Notes: generated by a model not told the origin, from the letters alone. Counted from the first letter of the stretch, positions 1 through 8,767 are shown. The stretch: 24,000 nucleotides of DNA from Pirellula sp. (GCA_013822725.1 PNKX01000006.1:39549-63548), one strand, 5' to 3'. A program made the numbers and translations.

Positions 1-219
1 GTAAATGTCTCGCAGCCCGGTTTCCTCGCTCAGTTCGCGTCGTGCCGCGTCATCCAGCGTTTCCTCGACGCGCACGAATCCGCCTGGCAGCGCCCACGCT
101 CCTTCGTACGGCGGCAAGTCGCGCTGAATCAGCATCACCTTAAGATCGTCTTCATCCAGCGCAAAAACGACGACGTCGACGGTGAGGGCAGGGCGGGCAA
201 ATTCGTAGGTATGGCTCAT
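1..219 (-). CDS. Nudix hydrolase, N-terminal 73 codons (NrtR-family regulator or ADP-ribose pyrophosphatase candidate); C-terminus lies beyond the window start
   Basis: Hand translation of the reverse strand from the ATG at 219 gives [73 protein letters not shown], open to position 1. The Nudix box GX5EX7REUXEEXGU is intact ([16 protein letters not shown]). GAGGGA lies 6 nt upstream of the ATG. The gene sits directly after nadE in a NAD-salvage cluster. It is absent from the ORF track because it is truncated by the window edge. Confidence 0.8.
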   Translation of the reverse strand, partial: MSHTYEFARPALTVDVVVFALDEDDLKVMLIQRDLPPYEGAWALPGGFVRVEETLDDAARRELSEETGLRDIY

Positions 220-258
220 GGTCGTCCCTCGCTATCACCTTATTGTCGTATCGACACT

Positions 259-287
259 ATTTTGGTGTTTTGTTTACACTAAGTCAA
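259..287 (-). promoter_or_regulatory. Candidate sigma70-type promoter for the Nudix gene (TTGACT-N17-CAAAAT on the minus strand)
   Basis: The reverse complement of 259-287 reads TTGACT TAGTGTAAACAAAACAC CAAAAT. The -35 is good, the spacer is 17 nt and the -10 is weak. It lies about 40 nt upstream of the ATG at 219. Confidence 0.3.
263..281. promoter_or_regulatory. Palindromic operator candidate, TGGTGTTTTGTTTACACTA (GTGT-N7-ACAC), proposed NrtR-type site
   Basis: Same architecture and arm sequence as the palindrome at 4787-4809 upstream of pncB (TAGTGTTTTTATAACACTA). It overlaps the spacer of the putative Nudix-gene promoter. Confidence 0.4.
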
Positions 288-375
288 GAGGGCCAATCAG
301 TTCGGCAGGTTCAGGGCGATCGACGGGAGTTACGAGAGATTGGCGACAAGGAAACGTCCGCCCACCTGCCGCCAC

Positions 376-2361
376 CTACTCCCCGGCATCGAGCTCGCGA
401 AGTTCGCGGCGAAATCCGCCCGAAAGAATCGGAAACCGACACCAGGTTTTTGGGTCGAGATTCTTATCATCGACGTGGAACGACGGCGCGTATCGTTCCC
501 GCTTCCACTGGTTGCGGCACCACAGCTCAAAGAATCGCCGAATCCAGGTCACCAGCTGCGGCTTGGCATATTGTGGAAACTCCGCTGCGACGAACGCCAG
601 CACTTCGGCCGGCGAGCGCTTTTCGCCGATCGCTTGATGCTCGATGGCGTCGAGCAAATCGTACGGCATCAGGTCGGTTTCGTCGGTTTGCGACTCTTCG
701 GCGGGGCGAAGTTCCGCCGTCGGCTGGAGCGCGTTGACGACCGCTAGTTCAGGAATCGGGCCGATCCCCACGGGGCCTTGCACCTCCAGCCAACGAAGCC
801 AGCGCCGCAGGAACGCCTTATCGATGCCGGCGATCGGACTGATGCCGCCGCACGTATCGCCGTCCATCGTGGCGTAGCCGACAGCCGCCTCCGAGCGGTT
901 GCTCGTCGCCAGCAACAGAGCGTTGTTCACGTTGGCCAGCATCCACACCGACGGGCCTCGTGCGCGGGCCTGAATGTTCTGCAGCGTGACGTCGTCGGTA
1001 TTCCACTCGAGCGGCCGACCGAGCGCCGCTTCCACTTTCGAACGGTAACTGTGGCAGACGTCGTCGACGTCGAGCTCATAGTGCGTGGCCCCGATCGCCT
1101 GGGCGACCGTGGCTGCCGCTGCGCGCGTAGTCGCAGAACTTTGTCGCGTCGATTGATAGGCGGTCGTCAGCAACCGCGCCACAATCGCGGCGGCGTCAAT
1201 CTCTTCACAGATTTGACGTTTATCTAAACCAAGTAACGTCGCAAAACACTCAACCCCAAACTCCTCGACTCCCAACTTCACCATGATCGCTACCAGCGCC
1301 GTCACAGCCGCCGAATCGGCCCCGCCGCTAAGCGAGACGACAAATCCCTTGGCCCGGCTCTTGCGCAGATAGTCGAATAGCCCCAGCGCGATCGCGCGGG
1401 TGAACTCCTCTTCCTGCTCCGACTCCGCCGCCTCCCACGCGGCCGCCATATTCGCACGCACCTCCGGCGTCGCGTTGCGGAACGAGAAATCAACGGCGAC
1501 CGCTGGCTCGGCGTTCAATTCGACCGTCGGCTGAAAGCTCGCCGATTGCGCACGTCGCATCCGAATCGCGTCGACGTCGACGACGGCGTCGATCACGCTC
1601 ACCGGCGCCATCGTCAACCGCGGCCCGCTGGCAAGCAACTCGCCGCTGGCGGCGATGAGCGTATGCCCGTCGTAGATGACGCGCCCCGCTTCGTTGCCCG
1701 CCAAGTTGCTGTAAACGTAGCCGACGCCGAACGTGCGCGACGACTCGACCACCAACTGCCGCCGCGTGGCGTGCTTGCCAAAGGCAAAGTGGCTCGCGCT
1801 CGGATTGAGAATCAAATCAACGCCGCGCCGCATCAAATGATCGGCGGGGCGATCAGCGACCCAGGCGTCTTCACAAATTTCAAAGCCGATGCGAACGCCG
1901 TCGACTTCGAACAACATCTCGCCCACGCGGCACTCCTCGCCCGCGAGACGAACCGTCACCGATTGCCCCGCCGGCCACGGCTTGAACCACCGCGGCTCGT
2001 AGTGCAACCCGTCGCCGGCAAGTCGCTGCTTCGCGGCAACGCCGACCAAGCGGCCATCGACCACTAACGCGGAGCCATTGAACAAGGCCCCGCCGTAGAG
2101 CAACGGCAAGCCCATCGACACGGCCATCCCGCGAGTCTCACCCAGCAGCTCGCTCAACACCTGCTCGGCCATCCCCACGACAGCGTGCGAAAAGAAGGCG
2201 TCCTCGCAGCCGTAGCCAGTAATGCACAGCTCCGGCAAGCAGAGGATCTGCACTTCACGCTCTCTAGCGGCGGCAATCGCGCGACGAATGTTGTCGGCAT
2301 TGCCATCCCAATCGAGCGGCGTCTGATTGAGCGCCGCGGCGGCGACGCGCAGCAGTTTCAT
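376..2361 (-). CDS. nadE: Glutamine-dependent NAD+ synthetase (N-terminal CN-hydrolase/glutaminase domain plus C-terminal NAD synthetase domain)
   Basis: 661 aa ORF. N-terminal nitrilase-like region (LCLPELCITGY..., FEICEDAW). C-terminal PP-loop SLSGGADSAAV typical of NadE. The ATG overlaps the prs stop (ATGA). Confidence 0.93.
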   Translation of the reverse strand: MKLLRVAAAALNQTPLDWDGNADNIRRAIAAAREREVQILCLPELCITGYGCEDAFFSHAVVGMAEQVLSELLGETRGMAVSMGLPLLYGGALFNGSALVVDGRLVGVAAKQRLAGDGLHYEPRWFKPWPAGQSVTVRLAGEECRVGEMLFEVDGVRIGFEICEDAWVADRPADHLMRRGVDLILNPSASHFAFGKHATRRQLVVESSRTFGVGYVYSNLAGNEAGRVIYDGHTLIAASGELLASGPRLTMAPVSVIDAVVDVDAIRMRRAQSASFQPTVELNAEPAVAVDFSFRNATPEVRANMAAAWEAAESEQEEEFTRAIALGLFDYLRKSRAKGFVVSLSGGADSAAVTALVAIMVKLGVEEFGVECFATLLGLDKRQICEEIDAAAIVARLLTTAYQSTRQSSATTRAAAATVAQAIGATHYELDVDDVCHSYRSKVEAALGRPLEWNTDDVTLQNIQARARGPSVWMLANVNNALLLATSNRSEAAVGYATMDGDTCGGISPIAGIDKAFLRRWLRWLEVQGPVGIGPIPELAVVNALQPTAELRPAEESQTDETDLMPYDLLDAIEHQAIGEKRSPAEVLAFVAAEFPQYAKPQLVTWIRRFFELWCRNQWKRERYAPSFHVDDKNLDPKTWCRFPILSGGFRRELRELDAGE

Positions 2362-3293
2362 CGTTCGCCTCCATCGACATGCCGCAGCGGCGTTGCGAAT
2401 TCGCCGGCAATCGAACGCACCGTGAGCAACGCCGGATTCGCCCGCGCGAGCTCAGCCGCCCGCGGATGGCTGTTCGTGGCGATAACGTGCGTAATGACGC
2501 CGCTGCTACGAATCTCCGCCAGTGCATCGCCCGAAAACAGACCATGCGTCGTCACGCAGGCCACGCCGCTCGCGCCGGCGCGATGGTACGCCTCCGCCGC
2601 GATCAGCAGCGACCGCCCCGAACGAATCATGTCGTCGTAGATGACGACTTGCCGCCCCGCCACGTCGGCGTTCATCGCGGTGACAACCGGCTGGCCGTCG
2701 GCAAGCCGCTTCTTAAACACAAAACTCGCCGGCACGCCGATCTCGTTCGCCAGCGATTCGACCCACTTCGCACGGCCGGCGTCGGTGCTCGCCAGGACAA
2801 AGCGTTCGCCGCCGAGCTGCTTGATCGCCGCCGTCACCGTCGGCTTGCCGTACACATGCACCGCCCGCAGGCCGTTCTCGAAGTAATACTGAATCCCCTC
2901 GGCATGAAGATCCAACAACAGCAAACGATTCCCCGCACACGCCCGCGGAATCGAAGACAGCAGCTGGGCCCGCGTCTTGGCCTTCACGATCTCGCCGGGG
3001 CGGACGGCGCGATCCATCGTCGCGTAGCCGTAGTAAGGCGCCACGATCGTCAGCGAACGCGCCCCCTCATGCACGAGCCCCGACGCCAGGTCGAACAGTT
3101 CCAACGTCTCCGTTTCCGAAATCGTCCCGCCGACCAGCACGACGTTCCGGTCGCACACGTCCGACGCGATGCGATGATAGAACTCGCCATCGTCGAACGT
3201 CTTCCGTTCGATGGCGCCAAGCTCGCCGCCCGTGATCGCCGCCAACTCGTCACGGAAGTATTCGTAGCTGGCCGTTGCGAAGAGTTGCATCAT
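2358..3293 (-). CDS. prs: Ribose-phosphate pyrophosphokinase (PRPP synthetase) family protein of the type found in NAD-salvage clusters
   Basis: 311 aa. Two PRTase-type halves with a PRPP-binding loop ([14 protein letters not shown]). ATGA overlaps at both ends, with the pncB stop and the nadE start. Confidence 0.8.
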   Translation of the reverse strand: MMQLFATASYEYFRDELAAITGGELGAIERKTFDDGEFYHRIASDVCDRNVVLVGGTISETETLELFDLASGLVHEGARSLTIVAPYYGYATMDRAVRPGEIVKAKTRAQLLSSIPRACAGNRLLLLDLHAEGIQYYFENGLRAVHVYGKPTVTAAIKQLGGERFVLASTDAGRAKWVESLANEIGVPASFVFKKRLADGQPVVTAMNADVAGRQVVIYDDMIRSGRSLLIAAEAYHRAGASGVACVTTHGLFSGDALAEIRSSGVITHVIATNSHPRAAELARANPALLTVRSIAGEFATPLRHVDGGER

Positions 3294-4786
3294 CCCTCCG
3301 GAGTTGCGGCAGCCTGCGGATCGCGGGCCGCTTGAATCATGGCGTCGCGCCGCTCATGCAGGCCGACGTCGAGCCCCACCGGGTACTCATGCGGATTCAT
3401 GAACCGGCGAATCGTCGGGTGGAGCCGCTGCAGTTCGCCGCGAGCCCGCTCGCGAACGACTTCCAGCGGCTCGCTCTCCCGGACGACCCGGCCGCCCCGA
3501 ATCACTGGCTTCAGCAAATCTCGCGCATCAACCGTCGCCGGCATCGACTTCCGCCGCGTCGGATCCTTCGCATCGACGACGATCTGCCGCGGATCGACGC
3601 CGCCAAGTTCGTCGTAAATCATATCGCCAAGCATGCCGTCCGCCGTTTCGTAACGCCGCACCTGCAGAATCCCCGGAATGCTCGTCTTCACCGCCTGCTC
3701 CGAAAGCTTCAGCCGCGGCGCCCACTCGCCCTGTTCGTTCTGCACGGCGCCAAGCTTGTACACGCCGCCGAGCGCCGGTTGATCGTACGCGGTCGCCAGC
3801 TTGGTGCCGACGCCCCAGACCGAAATCTTCGCCCCTTGCGCCTTCAAGTTCTCGATGATCCGCTCGTCGAGATCGTTCGACGCCAAGATCTGCGCGTTGG
3901 GAAATCCCCCCGCATCGAGAATCTTGCGGGCTTCAATGCTCAAATAAGCGAGGTCGCCCGAATCGAGCCGCACGCCCACGAGCTCGTGCCCTTCGCTTCG
4001 CAGCTTGGCGCCGATTTCAACCGCACGCCGCACGCCGTCGAGCGTGTCGTAGGTATCAACGAGAAACACGCAGTTGTTCGGCATGGCCTCCGCGTAGCTG
4101 GCGAACGCCTCCGCCTCGGTATCGAACGACATCACCCAGCTGTGGGCGTGCGTCCCCTTCACCGGAATGCCGTACAACTTGCCGGCCAGCACGTTCGAGG
4201 TCGCCGCGCAGCCGCCGATGTAGGCGGCGCGACTGGCCGACAGTCCGCCATCGATTCCCTGCGCCCGCCGCAGCCCGAACTCGACCACCGGATCGCCCGC
4301 CGCCGCTTGGCAAACCCGCGCCGCCTTCGTGGCGATCAGCGTTTGGAAGTTAACGATGTTCAGCAGCGCCGTCTCCAGCAGCTGGCACTGCAAGATCGGC
4401 CCCCTCACGCGCAGCAGCGGCTCTTGCCCGAACGCGACCGTTCCCTCAGGCATCGCGTCGACGTCGCACGCCAAACGGAGCTCGGCCAGGTAGTCGTAAA
4501 ACGCCTGCTCGAACAACGGCTGGCCATCGTTGCCGACCAAGGTGGCGAGATAGGCAATGTCGTCCGGCTCAAAGCGAAACGCCGAGAGATAGTCGATCGC
4601 CGGCGCCAACCCCGCGGCAATGGCATACCCCCCCTGAAACGGCGGCTTCCGAAAGAACAAATGAAACACCGCCGGCTGGTCCGCCCGCCCCTGCTTCCAA
4701 TACCCGTAGGCCATGGTGAGCTGATAGAGGTCGGTCAGCAGGGCTAACGAGGGTCGCGGGAGGTTTTGAATGGTAGCGTCGCTCAT
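3290..4786 (-). CDS. pncB: Nicotinate phosphoribosyltransferase
   Basis: 498 aa. N-terminal [15 protein letters not shown] signature of NAPRTases and a central GTHAHSWV motif. First gene of the coupled pncB-prs-nadE set. Confidence 0.88.
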   Translation of the reverse strand: MSDATIQNLPRPSLALLTDLYQLTMAYGYWKQGRADQPAVFHLFFRKPPFQGGYAIAAGLAPAIDYLSAFRFEPDDIAYLATLVGNDGQPLFEQAFYDYLAELRLACDVDAMPEGTVAFGQEPLLRVRGPILQCQLLETALLNIVNFQTLIATKAARVCQAAAGDPVVEFGLRRAQGIDGGLSASRAAYIGGCAATSNVLAGKLYGIPVKGTHAHSWVMSFDTEAEAFASYAEAMPNNCVFLVDTYDTLDGVRRAVEIGAKLRSEGHELVGVRLDSGDLAYLSIEARKILDAGGFPNAQILASNDLDERIIENLKAQGAKISVWGVGTKLATAYDQPALGGVYKLGAVQNEQGEWAPRLKLSEQAVKTSIPGILQVRRYETADGMLGDMIYDELGGVDPRQIVVDAKDPTRRKSMPATVDARDLLKPVIRGGRVVRESEPLEVVRERARGELQRLHPTIRRFMNPHEYPVGLDVGLHERRDAMIQAARDPQAAATPEG

Positions 4787-4809
4787 GATAGTGTTTTTAT
4801 AACACTATC
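4787..4809. promoter_or_regulatory. Perfect 9+9 bp palindrome GATAGTGTT-TTTAT-AACACTATC abutting the pncB start codon; NrtR-type operator candidate, with an embedded TATAAA on the minus strand
   Basis: Read directly: arms at 4787-4795 and 4801-4809 are exact reverse complements. The core GTGT-N7-ACAC is shared with the site at 263-281. Confidence 0.45.
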
Positions 4810-4814
4810 TATCG

Positions 4815-4846
4815 ACATGGCAAGAGCGATTTCTTGAGCCCCATGT
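4815..4846 (-). terminator. Interrupted hairpin between the rtcA stop and the pncB promoter region (ACATGG-CAAGA-GCGATT-TCTTG-AGCC-CCATGT)
   Basis: A 6-bp outer stem and a 5-bp inner stem are visible. There is no U-tract on the minus strand, so terminator function is uncertain. Confidence 0.2.
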
Positions 4847-4904
4847 TAGCCGTTTGCTGCACTGCGAACGCCGATCGTCCCCTACAGCCGCTGCCGCTAT
4901 TTAC

Positions 4905-5945
4905 CTATCTACCAACCGTGACGCGACAACACTCCCCCTCGCGTTCGACTTCGATCGGAATCTCAAGAAAGCTGCGCAACAGATCGACATGCGTCTGCGA
5001 ATGCCGGGTGAGCGGCTGCGTCGCGAAAGAACCGCCCCGGCCCGTCTGCCAGGCGGCGATTCCCAGCGGCAACAGCAGTTGATCGGCCAAGTACGGACCA
5101 ACCGGGACGCCTGCCGCCAGATAGCTGCGGGCCTCCTTCACCGCCTCGCCGGCGACACGCTCCGCCGTAGCGCCAAGGCGGCCGAAGCCGGTGAAGACCT
5201 CGCGCACATGCTCCGAGTGGATCTCGATAAGGAAGACGTTTCCCGGTCCGGCCGACTCAATGCTCGCGTCGACATGAAACATCGAGTCGGGCCAGCTGAG
5301 CTTTTCAGCGGCTGCTTCGACTTCACGTCGACCGATCCTCGACGAAAGGTTCGCCACCAGAGCAGTAGCGGAACGCTGGAGGATCTCGCCTCGTTCCAGC
5401 AGATCGAAACCCGCCAGCTGCGGCGTCGGTTCGATTGCCACGCTGAAGCGCCCGCCGCCGGCTGGATAGAATCCATGCCGCTCCAGCCCAGCCGAAATGC
5501 GCGGGCCCATGCGGTTGATTAGCGGAAAGAAGGCTTGGGCGAGAAAGTCGTACGGCGGCGCCCAGGGGTTGTGCGTGCCGCCTTCGAGGACGATCTCCGA
5601 TGGACCGTCGGCAATCAACAGCGCCGGCAGAATCGTTTGCAGCACCAGCGTTGCGCTGCCGGCGGTGCCGACCGAGAAGGTGTGCTGACCCGGACGGATA
5701 GCCGTTGGGCGAAAGGAGAGCGTTTGCGAGCCAATCTCGTCTTCCTCGACTTCCGCGGCGCCGATTTCGACGGCGGCGCGCACCGCCGTGAGATGCTGCC
5801 GCATGAGGCCGGGCTTGTCGCGTCCGGCGCGGATGTTTTCTAGACGAACCGGGCGGCCGGTTACGAGTGCCAGCGCGAGCGACGAGCGGAGAATCTGTCC
5901 GCCGCCCTCGCCTTGCGAGCCATCGATGGTGAAGTTATTTGACAC
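4905..5945 (-). CDS. rtcA: RNA 3'-terminal phosphate cyclase
   Basis: 346 aa. The N-terminus IDGSQGEGGGQILRSSLALALVTGRPVRLENIRAGRDKPGL is the RtcA signature. GTG start at 5945, sharing one nt with the upstream TAG (TAGTG). Confidence 0.92.
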   Translation of the reverse strand: MSNNFTIDGSQGEGGGQILRSSLALALVTGRPVRLENIRAGRDKPGLMRQHLTAVRAAVEIGAAEVEEDEIGSQTLSFRPTAIRPGQHTFSVGTAGSATLVLQTILPALLIADGPSEIVLEGGTHNPWAPPYDFLAQAFFPLINRMGPRISAGLERHGFYPAGGGRFSVAIEPTPQLAGFDLLERGEILQRSATALVANLSSRIGRREVEAAAEKLSWPDSMFHVDASIESAGPGNVFLIEIHSEHVREVFTGFGRLGATAERVAGEAVKEARSYLAAGVPVGPYLADQLLLPLGIAAWQTGRGGSFATQPLTRHSQTHVDLLRSFLEIPIEVEREGECCRVTVGR

Positions 5946-6541
5946 TAGCGGTTTTCTTCCATCATATGGATCGCTTCGTTAATCCCGATTAGCGAACCGG
6001 ACAATTGCTGGAAGCATTCGTTGCAGACGATCGAGAAACCCACCACGCTCGTATGGCGAGGGACTTTCTCGAGGTTACGCTTTCCATCCGAAGATAGCCA
6101 ATAACGAAAGGCGTCTCCCTTCGGATCTACATCATGCAGATCGATAACTACCGAGTCGATGGGCTGAGCCGCCTCATCGTTAAAGATACCAATCTCAATT
6201 AACAATTGCCGGCAGGTTCTCCACAGTGCGTCTAAATCGTGTCCCCATACAATCCGTTCGTTAAATGTACGACCAAGATAGACGTGAGTGCTCGCGATCA
6301 ACTCTTTGGTAATAAGCTCGATCGCATGGCGATGAAGAAAACCAACTGGCCACATTGCCTGGTCGCCGTGATATGAGATCTCTCTTCGGTTCTCAGTGAT
6401 GATCATGGCCGCCTTGTTGTAGGCATTAGCCATGAACTCGGGCGTGTGTTCTCGATACCAATCAGGTATAAAATTGTCGCTTCGTCCCCCGCCTTTGCTC
6501 GTAAACAAAGCATCATTGCGATCTTCACGTTTCTCAGTCAT
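5945..6541 (-). CDS. Orphan helical protein (about 198 aa), possibly HEPN-like, inserted between rtcB and rtcA
   Basis: The ORF fills the whole rtcB-rtcA gap. The track ORF runs to 6568, but the ATG at 6541 (MTEKRED...) overlaps the rtcB stop as ATGACTGA. It contains the Rx4H strings REISYH and RIVWGH(DLDALW). GC is about 49 percent in the first 100 nt counted from 5945, clearly below the flanks. No family was recognised with certainty. Confidence 0.7.
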   Translation of the reverse strand: MTEKREDRNDALFTSKGGGRSDNFIPDWYREHTPEFMANAYNKAAMIITENRREISYHGDQAMWPVGFLHRHAIELITKELIASTHVYLGRTFNERIVWGHDLDALWRTCRQLLIEIGIFNDEAAQPIDSVVIDLHDVDPKGDAFRYWLSSDGKRNLEKVPRHTSVVGFSIVCNECFQQLSGSLIGINEAIHMMEENR

Positions 6542-8051
6542 CCGCCTGATCTCCATCCTTGATGACAAACTTCGCCTTCAACCGCGCCACTTCGCTTGCT
6601 AGTCCCGCGCTCTTTACCGACCGCAGCACTTCGTCGAAATCCTTATACGCGGCAGGCGCCTCGTCGATCGGGTACGCACGGCAATTGGTGAGGATGTCGG
6701 CTTCGTCGAACGAGCGGTCGACTTCCTTTTGATCGAGCGCTCGTTTGGCCGCCTTCCGCCCCAACTGTCGGCCCGCGCCGTGGTTGACGCTGTAGCAACT
6801 GACCGAGGCGCCGGCGTCGGCGGCCATCACGACCGAACCTGCCTGTGGATTGCCGGGGAGCAAAATCGGGTGGCCCGTTTCCGCGAACGGCGTATCGCGC
6901 AGCGCGTGGTGGCCGGCCGGGAAGGCCCGCGTCGCCCCCTTACGGTGTACCCAGGCGATGTTGTTGTTCACCACTTCCTTGCGGGCGATGTTGTGGCTGA
7001 TGAAATAGACCAACTGGCCAGTGACTCCCGGCAGCACCTCTTGGAACGCTTCCAGCACGAGCGCATTGATCAACAGGTGATTGACGGTCGCGAAGTTAGC
7101 GCCGAGCGACATGTCGTCGATATACGCGTCGGCCTCGGGAGTGCCGAGCGGAGCGTAAACGAGCTCGCGGTCGTTGCCGGGAAGCGGGATGTCCCACTGG
7201 GCGAACTTGCCTTGCAAGGCTTTGAATTGGCCCGACGCTAACTGGTGCCCGATGCCGCGCGAACCGCAGTGCGATAGGAACGCCACGCCGCCGTCAACGA
7301 GTCCGAAGACCCGCGCCGCTTCGCGAGCACGGTCGTTGGCTTCGACATGCACCACTTCGCATTCGCCAAAATGGTTGCCGCCGCCGTAGGAACCGAGCTG
7401 CGTCATTTTCAAGTCGAAGCGGTGCATCTGCGGCAGGAGTTGCTCCAGTCGCAGCGCCAGGGCGCCGGTGGAATCGTCGTGGCCCACGTGCGTGGAATCT
7501 TCGCAGCGCGCAGCCCACTCGGGCGGGATGCCGAGTTCTTCGCAAACGCCGCGCGAGGCTCCTTCCACGAGAACGCGCTTGCCGAGGGCTTCGCCAACAT
7601 GGCGCGACTTCGGCGCATTGCGCTGGCCGCGGCCAGCGCCGGTCGGGGTTCGTTCGCAGATCGCGTTGATGAGCGCGCGCCGGGTCGGCCGATCGAGGAT
7701 CGCGTCGGCCGGTAGGCTCGTTTGCAGCAGGCTCATCGAGCATTTGATGTCGACGCCGACCGGGCCGGGGTAAATGTGCGTCGGCGAAACCATGACGCAG
7801 CCGACTGGCGCCCCGTAGCCGCAATGGGCGTCTGGGTTCAGCACCAGATCGGTGACGCCGGGCGCTAGCCGCGAGTTGATCGCCTGCTGCAGGCAGAGGT
7901 CGTCGAAAGTGGCGCGGATCGCCTCAGTGCCGATGACGGTGATCGGCTTTTGCTTCCCGCCGGTTGGCAAGATGGCGGTCGCTTCGCCGTCGGCGATCAT
8001 CTGGAACTTGCCCGACGCAGCGTTCACTTCACTTTTAATGTCAATGCTCAT
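6534..8051 (-). CDS. rtcB: RNA-splicing ligase RtcB (3'-phosphate/5'-hydroxyl RNA ligase), long 505-aa form
   Basis: Motifs LVLNPDAHCGYGAPVG, GGGNHFGE, SHCGSRGIGH and NHGAGR are metal- and GTP-binding signatures of RtcB. Confidence 0.95.
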   Translation of the reverse strand: MSIDIKSEVNAASGKFQMIADGEATAILPTGGKQKPITVIGTEAIRATFDDLCLQQAINSRLAPGVTDLVLNPDAHCGYGAPVGCVMVSPTHIYPGPVGVDIKCSMSLLQTSLPADAILDRPTRRALINAICERTPTGAGRGQRNAPKSRHVGEALGKRVLVEGASRGVCEELGIPPEWAARCEDSTHVGHDDSTGALALRLEQLLPQMHRFDLKMTQLGSYGGGNHFGECEVVHVEANDRAREAARVFGLVDGGVAFLSHCGSRGIGHQLASGQFKALQGKFAQWDIPLPGNDRELVYAPLGTPEADAYIDDMSLGANFATVNHLLINALVLEAFQEVLPGVTGQLVYFISHNIARKEVVNNNIAWVHRKGATRAFPAGHHALRDTPFAETGHPILLPGNPQAGSVVMAADAGASVSCYSVNHGAGRQLGRKAAKRALDQKEVDRSFDEADILTNCRAYPIDEAPAAYKDFDEVLRSVKSAGLASEVARLKAKFVIKDGDQADD

Positions 8052-8074
8052 AGTTCAGTTCACAAGAGTAAAGG

Positions 8075-8212
8075 GCGGCGACAAGGAGTCGAAGAAACAA
8101 GCCTGACGATCTAACCCGTTGATCTACGGCGTCTCGCGACAAGTCACGCGACGCCGGCGGGGCTCGAACCCGCTCCCTTCAGGTTCCATGTAGTTCCTTC
8201 CGCATTCGCCGC
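8075..8212 (-). ncRNA. Y-RNA-like module 5 (YrlA-like, with a permuted tRNA-like domain)
   Basis: Minus strand: closing stem GCGGCGA/UCGCCGC. The 5' strand GAAUGCGGAAGGAACUACAUGG pairs with the 3' strand GUUUCUUCGACUCCUUGUCGCC (GAAGGAAC with GUUUCUUC, using one G-U). T-arm GCGGG-UUCGAGC-CCCGC. Loop-closed acceptor-like stem GGCGUC...GACGCC. D-arm-like GUAGAUCAACGGGUUAGAUCG. The module ends about 24 nt before the rtcB ATG. Confidence 0.75.
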
Positions 8213-8234
8213 TGGCTGAGGGTGTTTAGTAAGT

Positions 8235-8381
8235 TTCGAATAAGAATGACGACAAAGGACGAAGAAACAGTCTGATGCTCTAACCAACTGAGCTACGGCC
8301 GCCGCGTGAGCGACTGCACCGGTGGGACTCGAACCCACGCCCGTCAGGGTGATGTAGTTCCTTCTGCATTCGCCATTCGAA
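8235..8381 (-). ncRNA. Y-RNA-like module 4 (YrlA-like, with a permuted tRNA-like domain)
   Basis: Closing stem UUCGAAU/AUUCGAA. 5' strand GGCGAAUGCAGAAGGAACUACAU, 3' strand GUUUCUUCGUCCUUUGUCGUCAUUC. T-arm GUGGG-UUCGAGU-CCCAC. Loop-closed acceptor stem. Canonical D-arm GUAGCUCAGUUGGUUAGAGC. Confidence 0.8.
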
Positions 8382-8410
8382 GCAGCAACATTCTAGTTAA
8401 GTGGAAGAAT

Positions 8411-8582
8411 CAAAAGCGAAAGGCATGACGACAAAATTGATGAAACGCATACGCGCTCTGCCAGACTGAGCTACGGCCCCGTTGTTGTACCAAACGAGTG
8501 GAGCCGGTGGGATTCGAACCCACGACCTCGGGTTCCTAAGACCATGTAGTTCCATCCGCATTCGTCACGTTTTTCGCCTTTG
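8411..8582 (-). ncRNA. Y-RNA-like module 3 (YrlA-like, with a permuted tRNA-like domain)
   Basis: Long closing stem CAAAGGCGAAA...UUUCGCUUUUG. 5' strand GACGAAUGCGGAUGGAACUACAUGG, 3' strand UUUUGUCGUCAUG. T-arm GUGGG-UUCGAAU-CCCAC. Acceptor stem CGGCUCC/GGGGCCG closed by a 19-nt loop. D-arm GCUC-AGUCUGGCA-GAGC. Confidence 0.8.
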
Positions 8583-8605
8583 GTTAGAAGTGGTTGGTTG
8601 AAAAC

Positions 8606-8716
8606 ATCTCTTGCGACAACAGGGGCGAGACGTCCCGGCCAGCTTCGTTGAAGCCGGTCGAGGCGGGATTCGAACCCGCTTGCGACCATGTAGTCTCGCT
8701 GGCATTCGGAAGAGAT
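8606..8716 (-). ncRNA. Y-RNA-like module 2 (T-arm only, no D-arm)
   Basis: Closing stem AUCUCUU/AAGAGAU. 5' strand CCGAAUGCCAGCGAGACUACAUGG. GCGAGAC pairs with GUCUCGC. 3' motif CUGUUGUCGC. T-arm GCGGG-UUCGAAU-CCCGC, followed by a short hairpin in place of the acceptor and D elements. Confidence 0.7.
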
Positions 8717-8767
8717 TGATCTCGATGTATGGAAGGGAATTGGAAAACGCCGGTCACAGCGACAACA

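Noticed and set aside
3275-4747. 490-aa plus-strand ORF antisense to pncB, and similar long antisense ORFs (for example 2379-3335, 218-747, 1546-2067, 9220-10052, 13891-14701, 15697-16383, 17831-18610, 19178-19687)
   Set aside because: These are shadow ORFs typical of high-GC DNA. They are extremely R/P/A/G-rich, carry no recognisable motifs, and each is fully covered by a motif-bearing gene on the opposite strand.
5945-6568. Archease or PrfH, the known RtcB partners, as the identity of the orphan ORF
   Set aside because: There is no GGQ motif (only SKGGGRS) and no resemblance to the archease N-terminal signature. The size and helical character do not fit either.
8100-8570. tRNA genes on the minus strand (GGTTCGAAxCC T-loops, GTAGCTCAGTTGGTTAGAGC D-arm)
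   Set aside because: The order of elements is permuted: T-arm, then a loop-closed acceptor stem, then the D-arm. No anticodon arm exists. The elements are embedded in Y-RNA-type stems, so they are tRNA-like domains and not tRNAs.
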